Assembly: GCA_963723515.1 (NCBI GenBank)
Contig: CAVRQT010000003.1
Span: forward strand, 704,001 to 768,000
DNA length: 64,000 nt
Origin: Vulcanimicrobiota bacterium
GTDB taxonomy: Bacteria > Vulcanimicrobiota > Vulcanimicrobiia > Vulcanimicrobiales > Vulcanimicrobiaceae
Direction of reading: 5' to 3'
Shown here: in pieces, positions 52,547 to 64,000 of the stretch
Numbering within the stretch: position 1 is the first letter of the stretch
Layout of the letters: each line of letters begins with the position of its first letter
Position numbers and translations under genes: made by a program
The notes under the pieces: model-generated
What the model was told of the DNA's origin: nothing
Database searches by the model: none
What the model saw: only the letters and a program-made list of their open reading frames with translations

Positions 52547-52924
52547 TTAGAGCACCTCAGGCGCAAGCGACGCGATTTTCAAGAAACCGCGTTCGCGCAA
52601 CTCGCGCATCACCGGTCCGAAGACGCGGGTCCCGCGCGGATCGAGATTGTCTTTCTCGCCTTTGATGATGACGCACGCGTTGTCGTCGCACTTGACCGTC
52701 GACCCGTCCGGACGGCGGATCGGCTTAGAGGTCCGTACGATGACGGCTTGCACAACCTGTCCTTTGCGCACAGCGGCGCCGGGAATCGCGCTCTTGACGG
52801 TGCCCGTGATGACGTCTCCGACGTGCGCGTACGGATGTCGGCTCCCGCCCTTCACGTGGATGCAAAGCAACTCGCGCGCGCCCGAGTTATCGGCCACCTT
52901 GAGCCGCGTCTCTTGCTGGATCAT
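52547..52924 (-). CDS. rplN: 50S ribosomal protein L14
   Basis: [16 protein letters not shown]...SLAPEVL. Confidence 0.98.
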   Translation of the reverse strand: MIQQETRLKVADNSGARELLCIHVKGGSRHPYAHVGDVITGTVKSAIPGAAVRKGQVVQAVIVRTSKPIRRPDGSTVKCDDNACVIIKGEKDNLDPRGTRVFGPVMRELRERGFLKIASLAPEVL

Positions 52925-53181
52925 CGCGCTTTCTCCACGATCTCGACCAAGCGCCAGCGCTTCTCGCGCGAAAGCGGCCGGCACTCCGCGATGCGCACGA
53001 CGTCGCCGATGTTCGCTTCATTGCGTTCATCGTGCGCCTTGAAGCGCGCGGACTTCCGCATGATCTTTCCGTAAACCGGATGCGGCACGCGCGTCTCCGC
53101 CACGACGACGATCGTCTTGTCCATCTTGTTGCTCGCGACGCGACCTTGCTTGATGCGCCTGCGGTTGATTCGTTGCTCCAT
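52921..53181 (-). CDS. rpsQ: 30S ribosomal protein S17
   Basis: [12 protein letters not shown] and ECRPLS. Confidence 0.97.
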   Translation of the reverse strand: MEQRINRRRIKQGRVASNKMDKTIVVVAETRVPHPVYGKIMRKSARFKAHDERNEANIGDVVRIAECRPLSREKRWRLVEIVEKAR

Positions 53182-53182
53182 C

Positions 53183-53392
53183 TTAGGCGACGCCCTCGAG
53201 CCGCTTCTCGGAGATGACGGTGTGAATGACGGCGTAGGTCCGGCGCATCGCTCGCACTTTGCTGAAGTCGGAAAGGTGACCGGTGCGCAACGCAAAGCGC
53301 AGGTTGAAGAGTTCTTCTTTGGCTGCGCGAGCTCGTTGTTGCAATTCGGGCATCGTCAATTGACGCAGCTCCTTTAGCTCCGCGCGCTTCAT
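53183..53392 (-). CDS. rpmC: 50S ribosomal protein L29
   Basis: ELFNLRF, and position between rplP and rpsQ. Confidence 0.95.
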   Translation of the reverse strand: MKRAELKELRQLTMPELQQRARAAKEELFNLRFALRTGHLSDFSKVRAMRRTYAVIHTVISEKRLEGVA

Positions 53393-53808
53393 GCCTCAAC
53401 CTCAGACCGTGAAACGATCTTGGTGCCGATCGGCAATTTGGAAGCGGCCAACTGCAGCGCTTCCCGAGCGACGTCGTCCGTTACGCCGGATAACTCAAAG
53501 AGAATGCGGCCCGGGCGCACGACGGCGACCCAAAACTCTGGGTTGCCCTTACCGGAACCCATTCGAACCTCGGCCGGCTTCTTCGTGACGGATTTATCCG
53601 GAAAGACTTTGATCCAGACTTTGCCGCCGCGCTTGATGTGGCGCGTCAATGCGATACGAGCCGCTTCGATCTGACGGTTAGTCATCCAACACGGCTCAAG
53701 CGCCTGAAGGCCATACTCGCCGAAGTTTAATGTGCTTCCGCGGAACGATTTTCCGCGCATTCGGCCGCGGTGCACGCGGCGCCATTTCACACGTTTTGGC
53801 GTCAGCAT
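53389..53808 (-). CDS. rplP: 50S ribosomal protein L16
   Basis: QIEAARI and RMGSGKG. Confidence 0.98.
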   Translation of the reverse strand: MLTPKRVKWRRVHRGRMRGKSFRGSTLNFGEYGLQALEPCWMTNRQIEAARIALTRHIKRGGKVWIKVFPDKSVTKKPAEVRMGSGKGNPEFWVAVVRPGRILFELSGVTDDVAREALQLAASKLPIGTKIVSRSEVEA

Positions 53809-53811
53809 CGC

Positions 53812-54900
53812 TTACTCCGTACTCTCCGTGGTTGGCTGCGACGGCTGTTGATCGCCTTGCGGCGAGGTCTGCTCGGGAGATGAGGACTCCTCGCTTGGCG
53901 CAGGCGACGTATCCGGCGAAACCTCGGGATTGGTCAGCTGTGTAGCGGCGTCATCGAAGTCCGGTTTGCCTTCGCCCGTATGCTGCTCAGCCGACGGTGC
54001 GGATGATTCCGGTACATGCTGTGCCGCTTCCGCAACGTCCGCAACATCGAGCTCATGCTGCGCAGCGGCCAGAACTTCTTCAGCTTGCGGGGGTTGTTGA
54101 ACGTCGCTCGGCGCAGCGGCGATGTCATCGATTGTCGGAGCGGGCGCAGCCGGCATCGCTTCCGCCACCGGAGCACTCGTCCGCGCAGCGCGCGGCCGCG
54201 CCGGTCGTGTGGCTCTTTCGCGACGGAACGTCGTTCGCTCCGTCCGTTCCGCACGGCCTTCGCCGCGCGCTTGCTCGGGGAGCACTTCACCCCGATAGAT
54301 CCAAACCTTCACGCCGATGCGCCCGAACGTCGTAAACGCCTCGACATGCGCATAGTCGATGTCGGCGCGCAGCGTATGCAAGGGTACCTTGCCGTCGTGG
54401 TTGCGCTCGCTGCGCGCGATTTCCGAGCCGCCTAAACGCCCAGCAACCTGCACCTTAATGCCGCGCGCGCCGGCCTTCATGCTTCGCATGATCGCCTGTT
54501 TCATCGCCCGGCGAAAGGCAATGCGCTTCTCGAGTTGATCGACGATGTTCTGCGCAACCAGCCGTGCGTCGAGCTCGATTTGCCGAATCTCGATGACATT
54601 CACTTGAACTGTCTTGCCCGTCAGCTGCTCGAGGTTCTTGCGGATTTCTTCAATTCCAACACCGCGCTTGCCGATGATGATGCCGGGCTTGCCGGTGTTG
54701 ATGATGACGCGAACCTGATTGCTGCGGCGCTCGATTTCGATTCGGCTGATCGCTGCCGGCCGCATCCAGCGCGCAAAGTACTTGCGAATCGCCGTATCTC
54801 CACTCAGCCATTCGGCGTAGTGCTTCTTCTCGAACCAGCGGCTATCCCAAGTTCGCGTGATGCCCAATCGCAAGCCGACCGGATGAATTTTCTGACCCAT
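53812..54900 (-). CDS. rpsC: 30S ribosomal protein S3 with a long C-terminal tail
   Basis: MGQKIHP and [12 protein letters not shown]; 362 aa. Confidence 0.97.
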   Translation of the reverse strand: MGQKIHPVGLRLGITRTWDSRWFEKKHYAEWLSGDTAIRKYFARWMRPAAISRIEIERRSNQVRVIINTGKPGIIIGKRGVGIEEIRKNLEQLTGKTVQVNVIEIRQIELDARLVAQNIVDQLEKRIAFRRAMKQAIMRSMKAGARGIKVQVAGRLGGSEIARSERNHDGKVPLHTLRADIDYAHVEAFTTFGRIGVKVWIYRGEVLPEQARGEGRAERTERTTFRRERATRPARPRAARTSAPVAEAMPAAPAPTIDDIAAAPSDVQQPPQAEEVLAAAQHELDVADVAEAAQHVPESSAPSAEQHTGEGKPDFDDAATQLTNPEVSPDTSPAPSEESSSPEQTSPQGDQQPSQPTTESTE

Positions 54901-55439
54901 TAGCTTTGCTCCGCCGGCTTGCGCTGCGTCTTCTTACGAGCCGCCGTCTTGCGACGGGCGGTCGTTTTCTTCGCGCCGGACTTCGCTGCTTCGCCTGTAT
55001 GCGGCGAACGGCGCGCCTGACGCTTCAACGAGATCGATGCCCCTGCACGCGCCTGAGGAGCGCGCCGCGGCGGCGTTTCGCTCACGACAACGGTGACGTG
55101 CGAAAGGCGCTTGCGCTTGAAGTTCGCGCGGCCTTGCGCTCGCGGATCCAAACGCTTCGTAAACTTCCCGCCCGGACCGCCATCGACGGTGATGCGGGCG
55201 ACGTACAGAGTGTCGGTGTTCATGTTGTGGTTGTTTTCAGCATTTGCAACGGCGCTGCGCACGAGCTTCTCCAACGGTCGCGCGGCAAAGACGCCGGCAA
55301 ACTGCAGCAACACGAGCGCTTCCTGAACTTTCTTGCCGCGAATCGCGTCGGCGACGCGGCGCAATTTACGAGGCGCCATACGCGCAAACTTTAGATGCGC
55401 CACGGCTTCCGTTCTGGCTTGAGCAGCGGTTTCGGTCAT
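54900..55439 (-). CDS. rplV: 50S ribosomal protein L22 with a basic C-terminal extension
   Basis: PRKLR, SAVANA and PRAQGRA. Confidence 0.96.
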   Translation of the reverse strand: MTETAAQARTEAVAHLKFARMAPRKLRRVADAIRGKKVQEALVLLQFAGVFAARPLEKLVRSAVANAENNHNMNTDTLYVARITVDGGPGGKFTKRLDPRAQGRANFKRKRLSHVTVVVSETPPRRAPQARAGASISLKRQARRSPHTGEAAKSGAKKTTARRKTAARKKTQRKPAEQS

Positions 55440-55718
55440 GTCTTCACTGCCGACTTATCGGAGCCGCTATGCGCGCGGAAAATACGCGTCGGCGCAAACT
55501 CACCGAGCTTATGCCCGACCATATTTTCAGTGATGAAGATCGGAACGTGCGCCTTTCCGTTGTGAACGGAAATCGTATGCCCGACCATCGCCGGAATCAC
55601 GGTTGATGCTCGGCTCCATGTTTTGATGACGCGCTTCTCTCGCGCCTTATTGAGCGCTTCGATCTTCTCAAGCAGCGGCTCGGCCACGAAAGGGGCCTTT
55701 CTTCAGACTCCGGCTCAC
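55436..55718 (-). CDS. rpsS: 30S ribosomal protein S19 (1-base indel near the start)
   Basis: [10 protein letters not shown] then IKTWSR...MVGHKLGEF in the adjacent frame. Confidence 0.95.
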
Positions 55719-56542
55719 TTAGAGCTCCTGCGACGCACGATCATCTTGGCCGTGCGCTTGTTACGGCGGGTCTTCTTGCCCATCGTCATTTGGCCCCAAG
55801 GCGTGGTCGGTGCGCGACCGGATGTCGAACGCGCTTCACCGCCGCCGTGCGGATGGTCAACGGGATTCATGGCAATGCCGCGCACCGTCGGACGACGGCC
55901 GCGATGCCGCTGGCGTCCCGCCTTGCCGACGACTTCATTTTCATGATCGAGGTTGCCGAGTTGGCCGATCGTCGCTCGGCAGTTCACGAGTACCTTACGC
56001 ACTTCACCCGAGGGCATGCGAATCTGCGCGTAGGCATCTTCCTTAGCCATCAACTGCGCTGAGCCGCCGGCGCTGCGCACGAGCTTGGCGCCTTCACCCG
56101 GACGCAGCTCGATGTTGTGCAGAACCGTGCCGAGCGGGATGTTTTGAATCGGCAGGCAGTTCCCGGCTTTGATGTCGGCTGACGGACCGGACTCGATCAC
56201 ATCCCCGACGCGTAGTTCCGCCGGCGCAAGGATGTAGCGCTTCTCGCCATCACGATAGTGCAATCGCGCGATGCGCGCTGACCGGTTCGGATCGTATTCG
56301 ATCGTGGCGACCTTCGCCGGAATCGCATCTTTCTGCCGCTTGAAGTCGATAATGCGATACAGCTTGCGGTAGCCGCCGCCTCGATGCCGCACGGTGATGT
56401 GGCCGTTGAAATTGCGTCCCGAATGCTTCTTACGAATCTCGGTCAACGCGCGTTCCGGCCTTACCGCACTCAGCTCGGAGAAGTCCATTGTCGTCATGAA
56501 ACGGCGCCCGGCACTGGTCGCCTTATATTTTTTAACCGGCAT
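55715..56542 (-). CDS. rplB: 50S ribosomal protein L2
   Basis: EYDPNRSA and [12 protein letters not shown]. Confidence 0.98.
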   Translation of the reverse strand: MPVKKYKATSAGRRFMTTMDFSELSAVRPERALTEIRKKHSGRNFNGHITVRHRGGGYRKLYRIIDFKRQKDAIPAKVATIEYDPNRSARIARLHYRDGEKRYILAPAELRVGDVIESGPSADIKAGNCLPIQNIPLGTVLHNIELRPGEGAKLVRSAGGSAQLMAKEDAYAQIRMPSGEVRKVLVNCRATIGQLGNLDHENEVVGKAGRQRHRGRRPTVRGIAMNPVDHPHGGGEARSTSGRAPTTPWGQMTMGKKTRRNKRTAKMIVRRRSSK

Positions 56543-56850
56543 TATTGCTCGAAGTAGTTGACGCCGCCAAGCTCGATCTTCTGGCCTGACTTCAGAGTGA
56601 CAATCGCTTTCTTCCAATCCTTTTGGCGCCCAACCGTGCGCACGCCCCGCCTCGCGAAATGCCGCCTCTTGCCGCCAACGCTTGCGGTATTGATCTTGAT
56701 CACGTTGACTTTGAAGATCTCTTCGACCGCGTGACGGATCTGTGTTTTCGTCGCATGCGGGTGCACGGTAAAGGTGTACTGATGCGAGAGGGCGTTGTGC
56801 ATCGCTTTTTCCGTGATCCGCGGTGAGATAATGATGTCTCTTGGGTTCAC
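56542..56850 (-). CDS. rplW: 50S ribosomal protein L23
   Basis: PRITEK and KKAIVTL. Confidence 0.96.
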   Translation of the reverse strand: MNPRDIIISPRITEKAMHNALSHQYTFTVHPHATKTQIRHAVEEIFKVNVIKINTASVGGKRRHFARRGVRTVGRQKDWKKAIVTLKSGQKIELGGVNYFEQ

Positions 56851-56879
56851 TTAGAAGGCGCTCCGCTCTAAGCGCGGCT

Positions 56880-56900
56880 TGTCCTGAGCAGTGTCGAAGG
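56880..56900 (-). repeat. REP-like repeat variant between rplD and rplW
   Basis: TGTCCTGAGCAGTGTCGAAGG. Confidence 0.55.
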
Positions 56901-56990
56901 ACGCCCCCCAGCCGAGCTGGGGCCCCCAAAACAGCGCTCCCTCACGAAATCGGAAAGAGCACGATCCCCCGTGGGGTCGCGTAAAGAACA

Positions 56991-57644
56991 TCATCGTTTT
57001 GTGTCCAGGCGTTTGCGGAGTTCGTCGTACGCAGCCGAGGTCAAGATGAGGCGGTTAAAGCGCAGCACGTCCTTCACGTCGAGTGCGCCGGTATGCGTGA
57101 CGCCGACGCGCCGGAGGTTTCGTCCGGCGAGATGTAACTGCTCGCCAACCGGCCGATATTCGTTCTGACCATAGACGATCAACGTTGAGGCCGCGTCCTT
57201 GGGCGCCGTCGTACTGCCGTAGAGAAGAGCTGCAAGATCGCGCGTCTTCTTCAGATCGATGCCGTTCGGTTCGAGCAACGTCACCGCGTCGTTTTGGAAG
57301 CGGTCCGAAAGCGCGGCGATGAATGCGGCGCGCCGTTCTCTTTTGTTGAGATCCGATGCATAGCTGCGTGGCTTAGGGCCAAAAACGACACCGCCATGTC
57401 GCCACTGCGGTGAACGAATCGATCCCTGACGCGCTCGGCCGGTGCCTTTTTGGCGCCAAGGCTTCCTCCCGCCGCCGCTGACTTCATCACGCCGTAATGT
57501 CGAGGCCGTGCCTGCCCGCGAGCTTGCGAGCTCGCGATGAACGGCACGAAAGATCACGTTCATCTTGTCGGCGGCCGATGCGCCGAAGATGGAGGGCACC
57601 GGTTCGTCACGCTGCACCTTGCCCGCCATATCGATCACCTGCAT
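56991..57644 (-). CDS. rplD: 50S ribosomal protein L4
   Basis: [15 protein letters not shown]. Confidence 0.97.
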   Translation of the reverse strand: MQVIDMAGKVQRDEPVPSIFGASAADKMNVIFRAVHRELASSRAGTASTLRRDEVSGGGRKPWRQKGTGRARQGSIRSPQWRHGGVVFGPKPRSYASDLNKRERRAAFIAALSDRFQNDAVTLLEPNGIDLKKTRDLAALLYGSTTAPKDAASTLIVYGQNEYRPVGEQLHLAGRNLRRVGVTHTGALDVKDVLRFNRLILTSAAYDELRKRLDTKR

Positions 57645-58270
57645 TAGCCGGCCGCCTTGACCGAGTTGCGGATGATGAGCAAACCGTTACGCGGTCCCGG
57701 CACCGGGCCACGAACGAGCAACAGATTGCGCTCCGCATCAGCGCGCATGACTTCTAAATTCTGCTGGGTCGTGCGATCGACGCCGAAGTGTCCGGGCCGG
57801 CGAGACCCTTTCATGACGCGGCCGGCATTCGTGTCGCTGTTGGAAGCCGGCTGGCGATGGATCATTGAGCCGTGGCTGGCGCCGCCGCCTGAAAAGTTAT
57901 GCCGCTTGATGCCTCCCGCGAAGCCGTGTCCCTTGGAGATGCCGACGACGTCCACGCGATCGCCCTGCGCAAAATCGGCCACGGTGACGACGCCGCCGAC
58001 GTCGGCGCCCTCAAGATCGGTCCGAAACTCTCGGATATAGCGCTTGGGATCGACGCCTATCTTCTTATAATGACCCCCGAGGGCGCGATTGGTCCTCGCC
58101 TTCTTGGCGTCGGCAAATGCAAGCGCGACGGCATCGTAGCCGTGGCTCTCTATCGTCCGGCGCTCAATGACCGTGCAGGGACCGGCCTCGATCACCGTTA
58201 CCGGCACAGATCGGCCGTCATCGGTGAAGACGCTCGTCATCCCGACTTTGCGGCCTAGGATGTTCTTCAA
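57644..58270 (-). CDS. rplC: 50S ribosomal protein L3
   Basis: GRKVGMT, SKGHGFAG and GPVPG. Confidence 0.97.
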   Translation of the reverse strand: MKNILGRKVGMTSVFTDDGRSVPVTVIEAGPCTVIERRTIESHGYDAVALAFADAKKARTNRALGGHYKKIGVDPKRYIREFRTDLEGADVGGVVTVADFAQGDRVDVVGISKGHGFAGGIKRHNFSGGGASHGSMIHRQPASNSDTNAGRVMKGSRRPGHFGVDRTTQQNLEVMRADAERNLLLVRGPVPGPRNGLLIIRNSVKAAG

Positions 58271-58367
58271 TCGCTCCTCTTAAGTACACGGGGCCACGCG
58301 TGTGGTACTTTGTCTTTCTCCGGTCGCGGCAAGCTACGCCGCGGCCGAAGTGGACGGCAACCCCCGT

Positions 58368-58396
58368 ACTTTAGCAAATCGCTCCTGGGCCGTCAA
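58368..58396 (-). promoter_or_regulatory. sigma70 promoter for rplC onward
   Basis: TTGACG-N17-TAAAGT with an extended TG. Confidence 0.7.
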
Positions 58397-58427
58397 CGAA
58401 CGGCTCCGGATTTGCGGGCGGGTCTCC

Positions 58428-59587
58428 TTAGGTGAAAGCGGCGTGGCCGGTGATGGTCTCGCCGAGAATCAGCGTATGGATCTCGCTCGTCCCTTCGTAG
58501 GTCAACACCGATTCGAGATTATTCATGTGGCGGATCACGGGATACTCCAGCGTGACGCCGTTGGCACCAAGCACGGCGCGCGCTTCACGCGCAATTGCCA
58601 GAGCCTCTCGAACGTTGTTGAGCTTGCCGAAGCTCACTTGCTCTGAGGTCAGCTTCTCACATCTTTCATTCGACCAATGTGTAAGGCGAGTAGCGTGCCT
58701 TTGTTCAATTCCAGCAGCATGTTGACGAGCTTCTGCTGCGTGATCTGAAACGCCGCAATCGGGCGTTCAAATTGAATGCGCGTTCTTGCGTACTCCAAAG
58801 CCGCCTCATAACAGGCGCGAGCGGCTCCCATTGCGCCCCAGATGATCCCGTAGCGCGCTTCATTTAAACACGCGAGCGGGCCGCGCAATCCGTTGGCATG
58901 CGGCAACTGCGCGTCGGCCGGAACGCGGCAATCGGTCAGAACGAGTTCCGAGGTCACCGAGGCACGCAGCGACAACTTGCGCTCGATGTCGCTGCTGGTG
59001 AGTCCCTTAGTTTTCGTCGGAATGCAGAAACCGCGAATCCCATCGTCGGTTTGCGCCCAGATGATCGCCACGTCGGAAATGCTTCCGTTGGTGATCCACA
59101 TCTTCGTGCCGTTGAGCACCCAATCCGAGCCGCTGCGTCGCGCGGTTGTCCGCAGGCCGGCCGGGTTGCTGCCGTAGTCCGGCTCGGTCAAACCAAAGCA
59201 CCCGATCGATTCCCCACGTGCCATGCGTGGGAGCCACGTTTCTTTTTGCTCTTGCGACCCCCAGCGATAAATCGCGAACATCGCCAGCGAGCCTTGAACG
59301 GAGGTGAACGATCGGACGCCCGAATCGCCGGCTTCCAACTCAAGACATGCGAGCCCGTATGCCGTTGCCGAAGCGCCCGTGCAGCCGTACCCGTGCAAAT
59401 GCATGCCGAGAAGCCCGAGCGCGCCAAGCTCCTTCGCCAATTCACGCGGAAAGACGCCGTCTTCAAACCACTCTGCAATTGAGGGCAGAACGCGCTCGCG
59501 CACAAACGAACGAACCGTGTCGCGGATCATGCGCTCCTCGTCGCTAAGGAGCGCATCGATATTTAGAAGATCAACCGCCGCGCTCAT
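58428..59587 (-). CDS. acyl-CoA dehydrogenase, glutaryl-CoA dehydrogenase-like (frameshift near 58660)
   Basis: [19 protein letters not shown] and TYEGTSEIH. Confidence 0.9.
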
Positions 59588-60009
59588 CGCCGCAAAACGC
59601 GTGCGATCTTATCAAATAGTCCTTCAATCGAGCGCTCGTTGGCATCTTCAAGCCGCCGCCACAACAAGCGCCCTTCGGTATCGCTCAGATCAGCGTCGAT
59701 CCGATGTTCGACTTTCGTCTGCTTGCCTTCGCTCGATACATAGAAGCCATGCGTGCCGTCAACGCCCTCATTTTGGATGCGCCAGACGATATGTTCTTCC
59801 GGCACGACCTCTTCAAGGACCGCGTGAAAGCCGTTATGCCACTCTTCCGTACGGCCGGGAACGAGTGGCCCGGGCGAGCGCATAAACGGTTGCGACGCAA
59901 ACGGCCAAACGATGTCGTTCGACGTCCCCATATCGACTAACAGTTGGAAAATTCGGCGCTTGGTGCCTGAGAAAACGCGCTCGCGCTTCTCGTGCAGCGG
60001 GATCGACAT
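59584..60009 (-). CDS. SRPBCC-like protein
   Basis: EVVPEEHIVW...GTHGF...TKVEH helix-grip pattern; overlaps the next start. Confidence 0.55.
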   Translation of the reverse strand: MSIPLHEKRERVFSGTKRRIFQLLVDMGTSNDIVWPFASQPFMRSPGPLVPGRTEEWHNGFHAVLEEVVPEEHIVWRIQNEGVDGTHGFYVSSEGKQTKVEHRIDADLSDTEGRLLWRRLEDANERSIEGLFDKIARVLRR

Positions 60010-60156
60010 GGCGGCCTGTTTCGCCCAGCGGCTGGCCGGTTCTTCGTCAGAAGTAGTCGCCGCAAACGAACGACACCGCGTTCGTCGGCAAAGCGTTCGT
60101 CAATTCGGTTCTAGCGCGCTGAGGTCACCGCTCAAATCTGCGCGTCCTACTGTGAG

Positions 60157-60315
60157 CTAGGACGCAACCTTGTCCAAGATATACTTCGCGTACCAGGAGG
60201 GCCAATCCGCATCAGCATGGCCCAAGCGCTTCTCGAACTCGGCGTGCGCTGCTTCAGCTTCACAAAGTAATTGCGTCAACCGCTCTTGGGCGTTCGTCCC
60301 TAAATCAATTTGCAT
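60157..60315 (-). CDS. small conserved-looking hypothetical protein
   Basis: EAEAAHAEFEKRLGHADADWPSWYAKY motif. Confidence 0.65.
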   Translation of the reverse strand: MQIDLGTNAQERLTQLLCEAEAAHAEFEKRLGHADADWPSWYAKYILDKVAS

Positions 60316-60325
60316 TGCTTGCGAC

Positions 60326-60562
60326 CTATGCTTTCGGGCCGATGTCACGTTGGGCGATTTTGCCGAGATTTTGCATGACGACGACGGCGATAATTGTAAT
60401 GACGAGCGCATAGATAAACTCTGAGAGTATCCCTTGACCAGCCGGGAAGAAGTGCTTGAAGAAATCGGTGATCGCCGTATTCCAAGCCAAGGCCGCGATC
60501 AAGCCGAAGGCTGCGGTCGCTAGGGCGATCATTGTCCCGAGATAGGTTGGCTTTATTTCCAT
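60326..60562 (-). CDS. DUF5654-like two-TM membrane protein
   Basis: [11 protein letters not shown]...FIYALVIT. Confidence 0.8.
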   Translation of the reverse strand: MEIKPTYLGTMIALATAAFGLIAALAWNTAITDFFKHFFPAGQGILSEFIYALVITIIAVVVMQNLGKIAQRDIGPKA

Positions 60563-60627
60563 CAGTACTCCCTCAAAGAAAAAGCACGAGTTCATCGTGC
60601 TTCTGTGATTCTCCTAAGATACGCGCG

Positions 60628-60936
<309 letters not shown>

Positions 60937-60978
60937 TATTTCCGTTCAAGCTTTGTTTGTATAAACTACCGGGATGAT

Positions 60979-62181
60979 CTAGTCCTGGACCGCGGTTACG
61001 ACGCCGGCGCCTACAGTTCTGCCGCCCTCGCGGATCGCGAACCGTAAACCTTCTTCACACGCGATCGGTGTGATCAACTCCACGTCCATCGCGACGTTGT
61101 CGCCCGGCATTACCATCTCGACGCCTTCAGGCAACTTGATCGTGCCGGTCACATCGGTCGTGCGGAAGTAAAATTGCGGCCGGTAGTTCGCAAAGAACGG
61201 CGTGTGGCGCCCGCCCTCTTCCTTAGATAAGACGTACACCTCGGCTTTGAACTTCTTGTGCGGCTTGATCGAGCCGGGTTTGGCCAAAACCTGACCCCGC
61301 TCGATCTCGTTGCGGTCGATACCGCGCAGCAGCACGCCGATGTTGTCGCCGGCAATGCCGACGTCGAGCAACTTGCGAAACATCTCGATGCCGGTGACGA
61401 CCGACTTCTTCGATTGATCCTGTAGCCCGACGATCTCGACTTCCTCACCTACTTTGACCTGGCCACGCTCGACACGGCCGGTTCCGACCGTTCCGCGTCC
61501 AGTGATCGTGAAGACGTCTTCCACCGGCATCAGGAACGGTTTATCAACCGCGCGCTCCGGCGTCGGGATGTACTCATCAACCGTGTCCATCAGTTTGTAG
61601 ATCGGCTCGGCATCCGCATCGCCGCGCTTCAGCGAGCTGTTCAGCGCCTTCAGCGCCGAGCCGCGAATGATCGGCGTATCGTCGCCGGGGAATTCGTACT
61701 GCGTCAAGAGTTCGCGGATCTCCATCTCGACAAGCTCGAGCAATTCCTCATCTTCGACCATGTCGGTCTTGTTCAGAAAGACGACGATGTATGGAACGCC
61801 GACCTGCTTCATGAGCAGAATGTGCTCGCGAGTCTGCGGCATCGGTCCGTCCGTTGCCGAGACGACCAGGATTGCGCCGTCCATTTGCGCTGCTCCGGTG
61901 ATCATGTTCTTGATGTAGTCGGCGTGACCCGGGCAGTCAACATGCGCGTAGTGACGCTTCTGCGTCTCGTACTCCTGATGCGAGATCGCGATCGTAATGC
62001 CGCGCTCTTTCTCCTCGGGCGCATTGTCGATGTCGTCAACGCTGCGCTTCTGAATGGTCGAATTCTCGCTGGCGAGGCAGTTGATAATTGCCGCGGTAAG
62101 CGTTGTCTTACCGTGGTCGACGTGCCCCGTCGTGCCGATGTTCACGTGCGGCTTAGAACGTTCGAATTTTGCCTTCGCCAT
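60979..62181 (-). CDS. tuf: elongation factor Tu
   Basis: [17 protein letters not shown] and REGGRTVG. Confidence 0.99.
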   Translation of the reverse strand: MAKAKFERSKPHVNIGTTGHVDHGKTTLTAAIINCLASENSTIQKRSVDDIDNAPEEKERGITIAISHQEYETQKRHYAHVDCPGHADYIKNMITGAAQMDGAILVVSATDGPMPQTREHILLMKQVGVPYIVVFLNKTDMVEDEELLELVEMEIRELLTQYEFPGDDTPIIRGSALKALNSSLKRGDADAEPIYKLMDTVDEYIPTPERAVDKPFLMPVEDVFTITGRGTVGTGRVERGQVKVGEEVEIVGLQDQSKKSVVTGIEMFRKLLDVGIAGDNIGVLLRGIDRNEIERGQVLAKPGSIKPHKKFKAEVYVLSKEEGGRHTPFFANYRPQFYFRTTDVTGTIKLPEGVEMVMPGDNVAMDVELITPIACEEGLRFAIREGGRTVGAGVVTAVQD

Positions 62182-62294
62182 GTTTTCCTTTACTTGTCCT
62201 TATGATTGTTGATGCTTGTAGTTTACTTCTTCTTCGGATCACCACCGTCAGGCGGCGCTTTTCCTACCGCCATTCGACGGCTCAGTGTGCGGCA

Positions 62295-64000
62295 CTATGC
62301 TGCCGTCCTCTTACCTGCAGATTTGGCGATGATCTCCTCCTCAACGGACTTTGGCGCTTTCTCGTAGTGCGAGAACTCCATCGTGTATGTCGCGCGACCT
62401 TGAGTCGCCGATCGCATATCCGTCGCGTAGCCGAACATTTCGGAGAGCGGAACGTTCGCCGTAATGACCTGGGCTCCGCCGGGCGCTTCTTCCGTTGACT
62501 GAATCAGCCCGCGGCGCCGGTTCAGATCGCCGGTGATCGCCCCCATGTAGTCTTTGGGCGTCGTCACTTCGACCTTCATGATCGGCTCGAGCAAGATCGG
62601 TCCGGCCGCCCGATTCGCTTCCTTGAACGCCATCGAGCCGGCGATCTTGAACGCCATCTCCGATGAGTCGACGTCGTGGTACGAGCCGTCAAAGAGCGTC
62701 GCTTTAAAATCTAAGACCGGATAGCCGGCCAGCACGCCACTCTGGGAAGCCTCGCGCACGCCCTCCTCAACCGGCTTGATGAACTCTCGAGGAATGGCGC
62801 CGCCGACGATTTTGGATTCGAAGAGAAAGCCGCTTCCCGCGTCTTGGGGCTGCAAGCGCAGCCAAACGTCGCCGTATTGGCCTTTGCCGCCGCTTTGACG
62901 CACGAACCGACCCTGCTTCTCAACGGTTTTGGTGATCGCTTCTTTATATGCAACCTGCGGTTTACCGACATTCGCGTCGACGCGGAACTCACGGCGCAAG
63001 CGGTCGAGGATGATCTCGAGATGCAGCTCGCCCATCCCGCGGATGATCGTCTGCTGCGTCTCCTCATCGGTGCGCATCTGAAAGGTCGGATCTTCTTGCG
63101 CCAAGCGCGTTAAGGCGATGCCAAGCTTATCTTGATCTCCCTTGGTCTTCGGCTCGATCGCCTGCGAGATTACCGGCTCCGGGAAGGTGATCGACTCGAG
63201 AATAATCGGGTGTTTTTCGTCGCAGAGCGTATCGCCGGTGCGAGTATCGCCCAAGCCGACCGCCGCCGCGATGTCGCCCGCACCGATCGATTCGATATCT
63301 TCACGGTGGTTCGCATGCATGCGCAAGATCCGTCCGATGCGCTCTTTCTACCCGAGCGCGGATTGAAAACGTACGATCCTTTATTCAGCGTCCCGGAGTA
63401 GACGCGGAAGTAGGTGAGGTTGCCGTACGGATCGGTCGCGATCTTAAATGCAAGGGCAGCGAAAGGCTCACCATCATCAGGCTTGCGTTCGACGGCTGCG
63501 CCGGTCTTCGGATCTAGCTCCGACGATCGGTTTCGCGTCGAGCGGCGACGGCAAGAAATCAACGATCGCATCGAGCAGCGGCTGAACGCCCTTGTTCTTG
63601 AATGCGGATCCGCAAAGCATCGGCAGAACGGTGCCGTCGATCGTCGCGATACGTAGGGCGCGTTTGAGCTCTGCTTCCTCGATGTGCTCGCCAAGCAAGA
63701 ATTTTTCCGTGAGCCCCTCGTCGCTTTCCGAAATCGCCTCGATCAAATCGTGACGCCACTTTTCGGCGGTGTCTTTGAGGTCGGCTGGAATCTCTTGCAC
63801 CTCGACCGTCTCTCCGAGATCATCCTGATAGATCAGCGCCTTCATCGCAAAGAGATCGACGATGCCGCGAAAGTGGTCTTCCGATCCCACTGGAATCTGA
63901 ATCGGCGTCGCGCGTGCGCCAAGGCGCTCGCGAATCTTGTAGACCGCGTTGAAGAAATCGGCGCCCATGCGATCCATCTTATTGACGAAGATGATGCGCG
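62295..64000 (-). CDS. fusA: elongation factor G (5' end outside the window; indels near 63345 and 63517)
   Basis: [13 protein letters not shown] and [14 protein letters not shown]. Confidence 0.97.

Noticed and set aside
56543..56929. 129-aa N-terminal extension of L2 in the ORF track
   Set aside because: It overlaps rplW in another frame; the true start is ATG 56542, coupled to the rplW stop.
60010..60060. ECF-like GAAC-N16-CGAA promoter upstream of the SRPBCC-like gene
   Set aside because: Too degenerate, and I could not find convincing additional copies by eye.

Overview
This is a GC-rich bacterial core-chromosome window, tentatively from a diderm Terrabacteria lineage such as Eremiobacterota/WPS-2 (inferred from gene content, not verified). 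In order it holds: aroK-aroC, a reduced pilM/pilP/secretin cluster, a SigB/F/G-type sigma factor, ftsZAQ and dnaE (minus strand); a type-E-like sdhAB plus CCG subunit; pckA, PPi-type pfk and mtnBDC; a complete 16S-23S-5S operon (minus strand, no spacer tRNA); and the str/S10/spc/alpha ribosomal protein cluster. Highlights: (1) two paralogous 42-44 aa peptide genes missed by the ORF track, each with its own near-consensus sigma70 promoter, divergent from a CGNR/ABATE zinc-finger regulator; (2) two ORF-less group I introns in the 23S gene, one at the known site L1931 and one at L2473, a site I do not recognise; (3) an H54a-like 23S hairpin insertion; (4) the r-protein cluster is broken at rpsJ|rplC and rpsM|rpsK by unrelated genes, with new promoters and structured leaders; (5) a dispersed REP-like repeat with one copy inside pckA. 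About 12 genes, including essential ones, carry small frameshifts that look like sequencing-consensus errors.
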